A stretch of DNA of 64,000 nucleotides from Amoebophrya sp. A120 (Eukaryota; Protista; Dinoflagellata): the NCBI GenBank assembly GCA_905178155.1, contig CAJINV010000004.1, positions 9,940,385-10,004,384 on the forward strand, written 5' to 3'. Position numbers and translations under genes: made by a program. Shown piece by piece: positions 23,526 through 35,029 of the stretch. A model generated the notes under the pieces. It was given only the letters and a program-made list of their open reading frames with translations, was not told where the DNA came from and ran no database searches. The first letter of the stretch is position 1. Each line of letters starts with the position of its first letter.

Positions 23526-25648
23526 ATGGAGCATTCCCAGCACGGGGCCTCCGTGTCCTCCACGAGGCCTTCGCATGGAGGTGGCAGCCCGAGCGGGGAC
23601 AAGAAGAGAACGCAGCTGTTGTTCGATATGAGTCTCAAGCAGGGCGACCATGCCGCCGTGTTTCTGCATGGCGAGAGCTACAAAGGCGAGTGGCTGAACG
23701 ACAGAAAGCACGGCTACGGGGTGTTCACATACAAGGACGGTAGGAAAGTTTTTGTCATGCAGGAACAGATGACATATTCGCATGGTCTGAGTTGAAACTA
23801 CAACCCTACATTGTCTCTATTTGCACACATTTTCACCACAGGCGGCAGCAAATATGAAGGGCAGTTTGCACACAACAAGAGAGAAGGCGAAGGAGTCCTG
23901 TGGATGGCAGAGGGAAAACTAAAGATGCGAAAGGAATACATCGGCGTATGGAAAAACGACAAGAGGCACGGGAAAGGTATTTTTATTCTAGTGGATTCGA
24001 TGAGACAGAGAAAGTAGAACATTACTTGTCATGCAGAAGACGATGAAAGCCAGCAACTGCAATAGCAATACTACTGGTAGTACCAAGACGAGGTCAATTT
24101 GGTTTTGGTTTGTGCTGCAACAACACACTGACAATTTGAATTTTCCACTCGAAACCATTGAAAAAAAGGCACCGCCTTTTACCCGCATGGCGAGTGTTAC
24201 CAAGGCGAGTGGCAAGACAACAAGAGACATGGAGAAGGGCAAATGAAGTACAAGGACGGGTCACTTTATGTAGGGCAGTGGTTCGACGACGTCAGGACAG
24301 GCTACGGTACATTTTCATTTTGTTTAGCCGTGTTATTCAGGATTTGCATGACAGAGTCGGCCTGTAAAAACAAAAAGTCATCACACCAACACAACAATAA
24401 AAACAGGTCACCTAACAAAGGGAAACGGCGACGTATACGAGGGCTATTGGGTGAAGGACGCGAGGGAAGGCGGGGGCAGTTACTTCTACAAGTCCACCGG
24501 AAAAGTGTATGTGGGCGAGTGGGCAGCAGACCAACCCATCGCAGGGTCCTTCCAGCAGGCTTTAAAAAATCCAGCGGAGCCAGGTACAACAAAAATAATC
24601 TTTCGTAGACGTACAAATGGATGCTGAATCTCTGTCATGGGAATGCGAAAGGCACAGTGAGTTATTTCTCATGCAAGTTACTCCAACAAAGATAAACACA
24701 AACTTGAAAATAAACCGAGGTGTCCTCCCCGTGACCAACATCGTCCCGAACCTCCAGCTCCAGGATTCGGAAGAGGTGCTCGAGACCGCCCTCCAGCACG
24801 TTCGTGCCAGCAGGCTGCTTTTCCGCGCCGCGCACACCCCACTGGAAAAACTGTACCCGAACACCGCAGATTTGCAACAACTGAAGCAAGCGTTTGCGGC
24901 TTTATCCCCGGACCAACTGGCGAACCAATTTCACGCGGTGGTCACTACGCACCTGGAAATCCTCCCACCGACAAGTTCGAAGACAAAGTTAGACGCCGTC
25001 GTCGCCTATCAAATGTAAAAATGTCTGGGTCTGGAAGGTTGGAACTTGTGATGCTAACTTTGGACTCTCAAAAAAACTGCATTGCATGACCACCAAGAGG
25101 AGTCTAGTTTGTGCTACGCAGGGAGGGCATTTGTCATGCGGAGTAGACATCAGGAAGCGAAGCCCTCTAAAAATCTGTGATGCTAGGTTGCGCATTACAG
25201 ATATCCTGGGTTATGCGAAATATGCATGACAAACCCGGAAACATTCCAGACCCAGACATTTTTGCATTTGATATCGCGAAAATGTTTTTGTTGCTCGGGC
25301 AGGTGGACACGGACCGGTGGGAATTTCCGGTTTTCGCTAAAATCGTCGCTGATATGCTTTGTAATATTGCCATGATCTTTTTATTTATTCGGGAGTACAA
25401 TTTTGTATGTAGTGCGCAAGTTCTTGTGCGCCTACAAGGGCGACTGTGCAACATTTTGCATGCTTATGCATGTACACGTTGAGCGACTTCATGGTGATTT
25501 TGCAAAGGATAGCGCTTCTAGTGGACCAGGCGCCGACGTTTTGAGCATAGGAATCGGACTTCTTGAACAACTATTTGGAGAGGAAGAAAACCAAAAAGAA
25601 AGACGAGAGTCGTGTTACTGTCCTACAAAGACAGTTGTGATTGTCTAA
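23526..25648 (+). CDS. MORN-repeat protein (MORN3-like)
   Basis: Repeated YxGxWxxxxRHGxG units (YKGEWLNDRKHGYG, YEGQFAHNKREGEG, YIGVWKNDKRHGKG, YQGEWQDNKRHGEG, YVGQWFDDVRTGYG). GT-AG introns 23740-23841, 23977-24168, 24307-24406, 24584-24719; introner 25007-25273; 3' end uncertain (25482 or 25648). Confidence 0.85.
25007..25273. mobile_element. TIR introner, family A
   Basis: TATCAAATGTAAAAATGTCTGGGTCTGGAA...TTCCAGACCCAGACATTTTTGCATTTGATA; DR TCGCC/TCGCG. Confidence 0.95.
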
Positions 25649-26457
25649 TATCGTGAGAAAACTACTACACCAATTTTGAGGAATCCATTCGAGAAAACAT
25701 CATTCTAGCAGATGAAAGCAATTTCGATTGCGAGAGCAGATATTGTTTGAGTTTATACACTTTAGCAGGTCGCGCAGGGGCTCCGACGGACGTGGAGTAT
25801 GTGGAGTTGTCGGGGTTGTATTAGTATTTGCGACGAGAATATGGTTGTGGAAGAATAAGAAATGTTTTGTACAATAGCAAAATGATACACGCGACGAACT
25901 ACTTGCGTAATTCTTGTGCACTGAAAGATTTGGAATTGAAATAAGATTTGAAGAAAAATTCAAGCATGGCAAATACCATTAAGGAGGCTCGTGGTTTTGG
26001 CCTGTTGCCATTTGTCGCACGTGGTTCTGTCGTCTTCTGGGAGAAATTCGGATTTTCGTTAGCGCGAGGGTCGTGCAGTTCTAGCACTTCTGTCGGGAAC
26101 AGTCACGGAGCGAGCTCGCACGAGTGTACTCTTGTTGTTGACCACGTCGACGAGGAGACGAGTTTTGACAAGACTTCGCATCGGCGACCTCCTGCCAGCT
26201 TCGCGGATTTCCGGCACCGGTAATTCGTGGGTCGTGAAAGTAGCAACAATGACCACGTACAATTTCACTTTGCTCGCACATTCACTACCAGTAGCTCCAA
26301 ATCGCACTTTCAGCATGTGTTGCTTGCAAATCGCACCAAAGTTAATAAAGTAACCGGACTCGTCAGTTTTGCAAGCAACGACTCATCCTAGCTTTCCGAA
26401 GTTCGAAACACAAAAACCCCGCGGTAGGAAGTAAGTACTACTACCAAAAGAGGAAAA

Positions 26458-28121
26458 ATGAAGGGTCAAATGAAGGGAGGCGCCAGGCCGGAAACGGCGG
26501 CGAACAAGGGCGGTGTGCATCCCGCGGTGCAAGCAGCCGCCGCGGTTGCCGAGAAGGTCGCGGAGAAGGTTGCCGTCCCTCCGTCTGTGCCGAGCAAGCC
26601 CTCGGCCGTGATCGACGCTGCTGCTGCGGTTGGGCCGCAGAACTGGTTTGACACAATCACATCGGATCCGCTGTCTATGAGAGTGCACAACTCCCCCTCC
26701 CTCTCATTTCTCATGCAAAATACCAAATCAGGGCTGTCACTCTCACTGTGGCTGTGCCTCTTGGCACTGTTAGCATGACAAACTCCGGAAGCCCAGACTA
26801 CAGTACTACAATCCAGTGTAAACTTGTCATGCAGAACCGGCATTCTTGCTGATGCTTGTATTGCCGCTCATGCTACACAAACGAGCGAGGGGGAGGGGGA
26901 GGTGTGCACTGTCATACTGTCCCGGGTTTTCGATCTCGCGGTGATTTTCATCGTGTTCGGGTTCTGCGTCCATATGCAAATGTAAATTCACATACACCTG
27001 GTGACATCATGAGGTGCACATCTACAGCTGCACATCTACAGTCGCATAGACAAAACTCGATAGCAGGAACGCTCGCTGACAAGCATGAGAAATTGTAATT
27101 GTCTTTCTAGAGTTCATCTTTGTCTACTTAGGCTAGAAGTGGTGAACAGATTTATCTTTTATGTAGTTTTTGTACGTGTACGTCGTCGGTCGTGAATTTG
27201 TATTGCATACCTCACACGTATATCGAGTACAGTATGGACAAGGAAAAGGGGGAGCTGCCGGAAGAAGCGGAGCGGGACGTGGAGAAAGAAGACAAGGGAA
27301 CGACGAAATCTGGGTATAAATGTTTCTTTCGAATTCAAATGCAATGCTCGCATGACAACTATGGATTCTATTCGATGCTTTCGCATGACAAAGAAATCCA
27401 AAACGAGATGTTGTAAAAAAAATTATCAGTTGGATGAAAGTTTTCGGGCTCGTGCTTTTCGCAGTGATCGGGTGGGAATACCGCGGTTGCTTCTCCTGCG
27501 CCATCCAGGAATACTCGAGTATTTCTTTACTTACTTAGATAGGTTACGAAGAAGTTTTTCCGATTTCACCGCAGATGTGATTAAAGGTCGGTCCGCATGA
27601 GGACAACGACAATTTTCACTTTGTTCTACACATGCACATCAATGGACGTTCATTGCATGTTGACACTGGCATCGTATTCATCAAATTCAAATCAGCCGTG
27701 TGCAAGCTGTGGTTCCAGACGTTTTTTTCCATGGTGGGGCCGGTGTTTGAAAACTTTGTATGGCGTTCTCAAACGTTACATTCTCAACTGTTACCCGATT
27801 TGTCATGCAAAAGGAACATCAAGCCCCACATACATTCACATTGTGAAGCTACTTCGCATGACAAATTTCGGAAAAGCTAAACAGCATGGGTGTCTGTGCC
27901 GCATTTGTAATGCAGCAAGAGTTGCAAGCTCCGGCCTTTCCCTTTTGCCATTCTTGCATCACAAATCCATGTAACTACAGTTGAGAGTGTAACAGTTGAG
28001 AGCGCCATACTTTGTCTCTGAAGCGTCGAAGAAAAATCCGTATGAAGTGGCGACTGCGGTCTCGGTGATTGCGGGCGGGGCCGTCTTGCTCTGGGCATTC
28101 AAGACGCGGAAGGGCAAGTAA
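26458..28121 (+). CDS. Small hypothetical membrane protein, multi-exon
   Basis: Removing introners gives DPLSRVFDLAVIFIVFGFCVHTYIEY... and ...FENFVSEASKKNPYEVATAVSVIAGGAVLLWAFKTRKGK*; the middle exons (27430-27700) are ambiguous. Confidence 0.6.
26676..26916. mobile_element. TIR introner, family C
   Basis: TATGAGAGTGCACAACTCCCCCTCCC...GGGAGGGGGAGGTGTGCACTGTCATA; DR CTGTC. Confidence 0.95.
26973..27209. mobile_element. TIR introner with decayed DR
   Basis: TATGCAAATGTAAATTCAC...GTGAATTTGTATTGCATA; flanks GTCCA/CCTCA; frame restored. Confidence 0.75.
27759..28009. mobile_element. TIR introner, singleton TIR type
   Basis: TATGGCGTTCTCAAACGTTACATTCTCAACTG...CAGTTGAGAGTGTAACAGTTGAGAGCGCCATA; DR CTTTG. 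Confidence 0.9.
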
Positions 28122-29340
28122 GTGCGAAAGCGATTGTGGTGCTCGTCGGCTCGTCGCCATGTACTCGAAGCGAAGCATCAAAAGCTGGCTTCACATGCAA
28201 AAAGCTAAAACTAATGAGAAAGATGTGAAAATTTCTCTGCCGCCCAAAGGACTGACAAGTTTCAAAAATGCAGTTGCAGTTTCCAGGATAGTACTGTCTT
28301 AGATGAATTTACAATAGAATACAGCAGATTTGAACTCGTCCTCCAACCTACTACTTGTTTGAGTTTGTAAATATACCAGCCTCCAATGAACTCAAAGTTG
28401 AATTAGGCGCCACGACCTGTTACCCGACCCGCCGCGTACAGTACACAGTAAGTGCCTGGATAATCCGTTCCTCACCTATTTGAACTAACCTTTGACGCAA
28501 CTACAGCTTGCCACTAGAAGTAGAAGATCCAGAACAAATTATGAGAACAGCAGGAAGATCAAGATAGTGGCGCCAGCACCCGAATCATGCTTTTAATTTA
28601 AGCATGATGGGGTCAAGACAAAGTCAGAGAAGAGTATTTGTCTACAACCGTTGCCGACAGAAGATACGTTGTGGTTTTTCTTACTTCTATTGCCGCTCCG
28701 AAGATGAAGGCTCTACCAATTTCAATTTGAAAATAACTCGACAGAAAAGGTGCGGTTGTAGCTTCTTGTTATGTTCGTGAGTGTGCACTTAGATGAGCAG
28801 CTGATGCACAATGCCGGCGAAGGTGGAGAAAGGTCACAGTCACACAGAAAACACGTCAATGAGACGCTGCCTCTTCCGAAGAAGACGAGGCGGGCGAAGA
28901 TCTTCTAGTTGCTAATATCGTGGCCAGTACCCAGCGTGCTTAACGACTACGAAAGTCAGTAGCAAGCTAAAAAAGGCAAAGGAGCAGATCAACTACATCA
29001 TGGCCCTGAACTCGAGCTAAGCAGTTGGTTGTTTATTTTTTATCTGTATTGGTATTTCTATTTCGACGACCGCAATGCGTTGTTCATCTTTATTCGGTGT
29101 TTGTTAACACCACGTTGACGCTCTAATTTCTCGTCATGCCTTTTTTTCTTCCAGTTCCACTGATTTTCTGCGATTCACGTAGCGAGGCTGAAAGTAAAGG
29201 CTCATTTGTTTCGAACAAACAAACAGCATACGAGTCATCAACTTCAACCTCGTACTACAACTAAAAGTATGTCCTAGAGCAAAATCTGCCACACAAGTGC
29301 CTCAATATCAATAAACAAGTATATAAAAGAGTTGTCTACG

Positions 29341-32300
29341 ATGGTGAATCGGAATCGCGCAGCAAAAGACCAGAAGAAGGCGAGGGCACTGGGACAGCAG
29401 TTGGATTCGTCGGTGGCGAAGGACTTGCAGCACCAACTGCTATCTAGTCAGCTAGAATTTCCGTGGCAAGTAGCACTTGCCCTTGTGCACTTTGTGGTAG
29501 CTGTGGACGACCCGAGGTTCGGCCGAGAAGGAGATCGGGAAGCGCTGCGGGCACTCCTGCGCAGATACAAGGAGATATGCGGAAAGCTTCCTACTTTTTG
29601 CGACTACTTCTGGATCGGTTTCCTGGAGGATAAGTTTTCTATTTTCAGCACGCACTGGTGCAACGGTCACGTGGGCTTCCTCACGAACTATCTGGAGGAC
29701 CCCGCGTTTCTCGACACGCTGCGCGCCGAGTTCGATTGGCAGCCACAACCGCAAAAATATCACGAAGGCGGGGACAGTAAGAATAGTTGTTGGTGGGCCA
29801 CGGGGCTCTCCCTTCGGTGGACCCTGATTGCTATTGCGTGTTCGCAATACGAGTTTGGGTTCAGTCCGGGTTTGGTCCATTGGCTGCTCACAGATGGAGG
29901 TGAGGGTACGGACATCACGCACGAGTGTGATGCGACATATTTGGATGCTGCCCGAAACTGCACCTTGCTGCACATCTTGCCCCGTCTCCATCATATCGGC
30001 GGGGTTTCCGATTTCGCGTCATTTTCAGGGATGATGGTTACTCATGGGCGTGACTCCGCAGGAAGTGTTGTGCAAGAAAGTGCTGCGCTAAGACTGCCTG
30101 GCACTTCTACAGCAGCGACACCATCTCGCGCAGCAGCTTCAGGGGGCAGTGACACAGGGCACGCGGCATCGTCGGACGTTGCAGGAGAAGGAGTCGAAGC
30201 TGCTACCACGATGATTGATACCGCGTTGGGGCTCCTAGAGTTTCTTCTGAAAAAGCACCCGGCGCCCCGGGGGTGTGTCGATGTCCGTGGCTGCGGAGAT
30301 CGCCGCACCCCGATGCACCACGCCGGATTTTTGAATAATGCAGCGGCGACGCGAATGTTGTTGGAGCACGGGGCCTCCATCGCCGCCCGAGATGCGGGGG
30401 GCTTCCTCCCGCATCATTACATGGAGCACGCTGATGTCGTTGGAAGAATGGTGGAGCGAAAACTAGGAGCCAAGACCAAGCCATCTGCCCCTGCTGAAAT
30501 GCAGCGCGTGCTTGTTGGTTCACAGCAGGCGCAGGCATTCCTTGCGCTGAAGCGCGAGGAGACTGGTGAGGCGCAAGGCGGGCGTGGCGAGGATGCAATG
30601 CCTCCTGCAGTGAGGCTGGCGTGTAGCATATTCGAGGGCATCAGCATGTCTAGCAAAAATTCCCAAGGCTCTGAAGAGCACAAGAGCGTCAGCAAAGGCG
30701 GAGCGACTGCGCAACTTCCTGCTATTTCGGTCTCTGCGTTGCTTTTTGGCTGCTCGCAAAAAAAAGTTGAGGAGGATGGCAAGGGAACGTTCGTTCGCGC
30801 TCTCTTTCATGTGACCACGCAGCCTGAGTACGCGGCCCAGCTTCTTGGAAGCCTCATCACCAAGCTGCAGAAGGACCTGGATTCGGCGTGTGGCTCGAGA
30901 AGGGCGGGGCAGAATGAAAAAAGCACTGGAAGCCACAGCCTTTCAGAGGATATATTCCTCGGCTCCTCGTCCGATGGTGGTGCCGAGGACTCGAGCCGGT
31001 TCACTTGTGCAACGGTTGGTGTGGTGCAACGTGCTTTTTGCTGATCGAGAACAGCGATTAGAGCAGATTCTGAAACGGTACCACGATTCCGACATTCGCC
31101 ACGGCGAGCTGCTGGCGGCGGTGGTTGACGCTTTGTTGTCTTGCCAACTTCTCGATGTTGCATTCACAGAACGATGGGTTCAGGGCCTGATCGAGGAGTC
31201 GAAGCGGCATTTGCTGCGCGAGCGCAAGACGAGGAAACGTGTGGGGAGCGCCACGTCCTCACGCACGCACGCTACGTCGTTCGTGCCCCGTTTAGAAGAC
31301 GGAGATGAAGAACCGCAAAGTCGAGCATCGCAATTGTGCGCCGTAGCCTGTATGGCCAACTCCACCTTCGCATTCTGGATAAAAAACGACAAAATCGATT
31401 GTCTTCGGTCCCTGGAGCAAGGCGTGCAGTACTCCGGTGGCAGTATCGACGCGTCGAATCTGCCCGACAGTGTGATCCAATTTCTGAAGTCACTGGTTGC
31501 GGATCCCCATGTGCATCCCCACGAACGAAAACGCGCTGAGAAGTTACTCGGCAGTGAAAAGAAATGTAATTTGCTGGACCGAACGTCTGTCGCATTCGGC
31601 GGGTATAACTTTAGCGACCTCGAGCGGCGCTGCAGTGAGAAGGTCGGAGTTTCTTTCCAGGAGCTGGTCGACGACAACGCTGGCTCGACCCATGCTGCGC
31701 TCGTGAAAATAATGGACCTCGATCTGCGGGCGAAACCGAAAACCGGGACGAAGTGGTCGTCTGGTGCCAGCGTGAACACTGCGCAAACACCATCTTCGTC
31801 AACCGCACCTGCGGGCGGGGACCAGCTCGCCGCTGGTATGCGGGAGAGTCTCCGCGAGGTCAGCAAATTGGCGGAGTTCGCCTCGCGACACGGACACCAG
31901 GCATTTCGGACCAAAAGTCTGTCGCAACAACACGACGAGCTGGCAGGAAGAATGCGCGCGATCAACCTGTTTCGCTTTCACCCTGGTGGCCGCGTCGTCG
32001 ACCTTACTGGCGAGGAAATTGACACCTACCATCGTTTGAAGGAGCAGCGATGGGAAGTGATTGAAAAGCTTTACGCGGAACAGTTGCAGGCTTTGCGCAC
32101 CGAAGAACATCGCGGCACGTCGGTGGCAGCATCTCAAACTACGTCTGCTGGGGCAGCTGCACTTCCACTCTCTCACAGCGATCGCGAACCGACAGACCCT
32201 CAGGTTGAGATTGGATTGAAAGAGCGAGGTCAAGAAAGGGCTAGCACGACTTGCAAAGAAACTAGTACCTCCCCAACATTCTGCACGCGCACGACATGCA

Positions 32301-34225
32301 CGAAAGGGCGAAAAGCGAAGAAAAAGCGAAGCTCCGTCGACGAAACTGAAACTGGCAGAAAACGCGTCGATGCTGTAATGCTTGTCGCTGACACCATCAA
32401 GGCGAAGCAGGAACACAGATATCGCATCAAATGTATGCTCTACGATACGTTGCATTTCTACAAGCGCACTTTCATGCTTCCATCCGTCGAAACACTGATG
32501 GTGGGAGAGGGAGTTACTTCGAACGCGGCCGACACATTGGATCACGGCAAGACCCAGATCAGCTTCTGTCTGGATAAATGGGTCGACTTTATCGTAGACT
32601 GCGAAAACGATTCCTTTTTCCGCATCTGCCTGTTGTGGTTCTGGCCATGTAGTCCGAAGACGGACTTAGCTTGGAGCAGATTTGTTGAGGCAGCGCGTCA
32701 TGATCGCTCGAAAGGTGGAGCCCGTCGTGGCACCACGACCAGCGTAGATGCATCTGAAGATGACATCAGAGTCCGCCCCTGTGCGTTCGTGGACAGCACC
32801 AGAAATGATGAAGCTTTGCGCGAGCGACTGGATTCGGAATTGGCCTCCTGTATGTACGCGTGGCGGAACTTGCTGGCTGGGCGATTCCGTGCTGCAGCTT
32901 CGGTGTGCCGCGACATCACGAAACACCTCAGACTGACGTGCCCGTCGGTGTTTCTCTGCGAGTGCTTTGCCTTGCTGATACTGCGCTGCCAGGTGCAGAC
33001 CGAGGAGGAGTTTGACGCAATCTCCCCGGGGAGAACCTGGTCCGACGCGGCAGCGGATTTGCGGGGGACAAAGGTCGGGAAAGCGGTCATTGTCCAACAA
33101 TTTTCCGAGACGCTCCGAACGCTCGACAGATACGCAGCTGCGGTGTGCCTGCTGCTCTACCGAAGTTCCAAAAGAAAGGCCATCTTGCACTTCGTCACGT
33201 CGGGAGACGAGATGTCGGCGGGCCCCGGTCGCTATCTCATCCAGCAAACGTTGTTCGCTGTTTGGGCGGTCGCCATGAAAGAACACTTCTGGGGAGACGC
33301 AGATAAGGGAATGGCCGAAGCAATGGCGCCGGCCGTTGAATCGTTTGAAGAACAGGTGGAACAACAAGGCAAGGACGAAATAAAAGGCACGAAAGCTACT
33401 GCAAAGTCGAAAGCGCAACGCGATTTCGAGAAGAAGAATGCCCTCGAGATTGCAACCCTTACGCGGCACGATGGCGTGTGGAACATCACGCCCGACCTGG
33501 TCGTGTATTCGCAAGATCCCCGAGTCAAGCGCATCTCGGATGACACCTTCGCAGCGATCCACCCGGATTTGGAGCTCTCCGATGAGCTGCGAGCCGAGTT
33601 TTCCGCTGCATTGGAGAAGGGTATGTGCGCGAAGCAACATAAGGCGAACGGAGTCAAGTTCCTTTCCAATGGCGTCGCGGAGCTGAAGATCAACGGAGAT
33701 ACCCGGCTCTGGACATCCACGAAGTACAAAGAACACAAGCAGGAAAGGTATGCTGTGCAGAAATCTCTATACCCCGCGACCAGACCTTTGAAAATGTCCA
33801 TGCACCTCTACATAGCAAAGAATGTTTTGTTTTTTTGCTGATTTCCATGGCACAATGAATTTGCATCTTTGTCTTTGAATTTTCCCGGGGTAGTTTTGAA
33901 CGTTTTTGCACAGGATATTTTTAAGGACGTCGATGACCCCCTGCAGGAAGCGAAAGTCCGCAAGACACTCTTGCTTTTCGATCATGAGGACAACCATGGT
34001 GGAGTGCGGCGGGCGGTAGAGCTTCAGAAGAGCGGTAATATGAAAGAGGTGCTGTGTGACCAACCGCAGCAGACCGACGAGGTGCGGTGTGGCGACATCA
34101 ACCGGAAAAAGGCAGAAGTTCGCAGCATTTTCAACAGCGTGATGACTGGGCGCCCGCGCTTTGTTCGGGATGCGCTAGGGATCGAGCCAGATGCGACGGT
34201 TGAAGAAGCGTGCCCGATTCAGTAA
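29341..34225 (+). CDS. Large ankyrin-repeat protein, paralog 1, with an apparent frame change near 31020 and a possible RelE-like C-terminal domain
   Basis: TLLHIL and RTPMHHAGFLNNAAATRMLLEHGASIAARDAGGFLPHHY ankyrin motifs; ORFs 29332-31044, 30845-33841 and 33869-34225 are colinear with the paralog at 35030-40199. Confidence 0.7.
33749..33917. mobile_element. TIR introner with fully decayed DR
   Basis: TATGCTGTGCAGAAA...TTTTTGCACAGGATA; flanks AAAGG/TTTTT; removing element plus 5 nt (174 nt) keeps the frame, whereas the two nearby GT-AG choices (166 and 178 nt) do not. Confidence 0.7.
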
Positions 34226-35029
34226 ATATTTTCGTAAACATAAAAAAAGCTTTCGCTGTCGTTCCCACCTTCTACTGTCTTCGCAGTTCCTAGCTACGGA
34301 ATCCAAGCAATATTCACATCAATACAACCTCGAGCTACAACTGCAGTATTCACACTCGATACTCATGTCAAGCTCAAGTTACAACTGGTGCGCAATTTTA
34401 TATTCCGTCGTTTCGTCTGACAACCTCGTCAGCGAGAATCTTCTACTTTTAGCGAAAACGACAAAAGATCTGAGCAGAGTCGCACTCTCCGTCTCCAAAG
34501 AGGACAGTGCGTAGTCCCACTTTCATTGACAGCGAAGGGTAGTTGTTTAATGAACAAGTACTCAAACGTCCGCCTCCGCGTCCCCTAGAATTTTCCCATT
34601 GGTACTATAATTTCGAGGTCGACTTTCAGTTCGAGCTTCATACTACCCCAAGCAGCAGCAGCCGCACGCTCGCGCAGCGTGTTCGACGTCTTCATCACAA
34701 AGCGGTAATGTCCTCTGACTGAAGATGAAAAAGAAGAAGATCATCATCAGATGCAAGAGCCCCATACAGATCCCTAGTGTCAGTCACAACATGATGGAGG
34801 GATGCAAAAAAAAATCCTGGTTGATCCGAAGTTCTCATACCGCGTTTTTTCCCTCAACGATTTGGCGTGCTGGTGTCGGTTTGGAGCACCACGACGTTTT
34901 GATTTACAGTGAGGAAGTAAAGAAGATCATGACGACTTCTCTTTTGTGCTGTGATGAATTTGCTTATGAATTTGTGCGTGCGTTTCGTGTCCGTCTTCTG
35001 CTTCTCCCTTTGTTGACATAAAGCTAAAG

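Noticed and set aside
25353-25465. Additional introner at the 3' end of the MORN gene (similar cases near 4515-4640 and 35998-36136)
   Set aside because: An intron is likely, but TIR and DR boundaries are ambiguous and give alternative products, so these were not counted among the 37.
28584-28608. ATCATGCTT/AAGCATGAT hairpin in an ORF-free intergenic region
   Set aside because: A single 9-bp stem is plausible by chance; no terminator or ncRNA context.
32666-33736. Long minus-strand ORFs (356 aa here; also 9326-10237, 31180-31965, 39438-40193)
   Set aside because: Antisense shadows of well-supported plus-strand coding exons.
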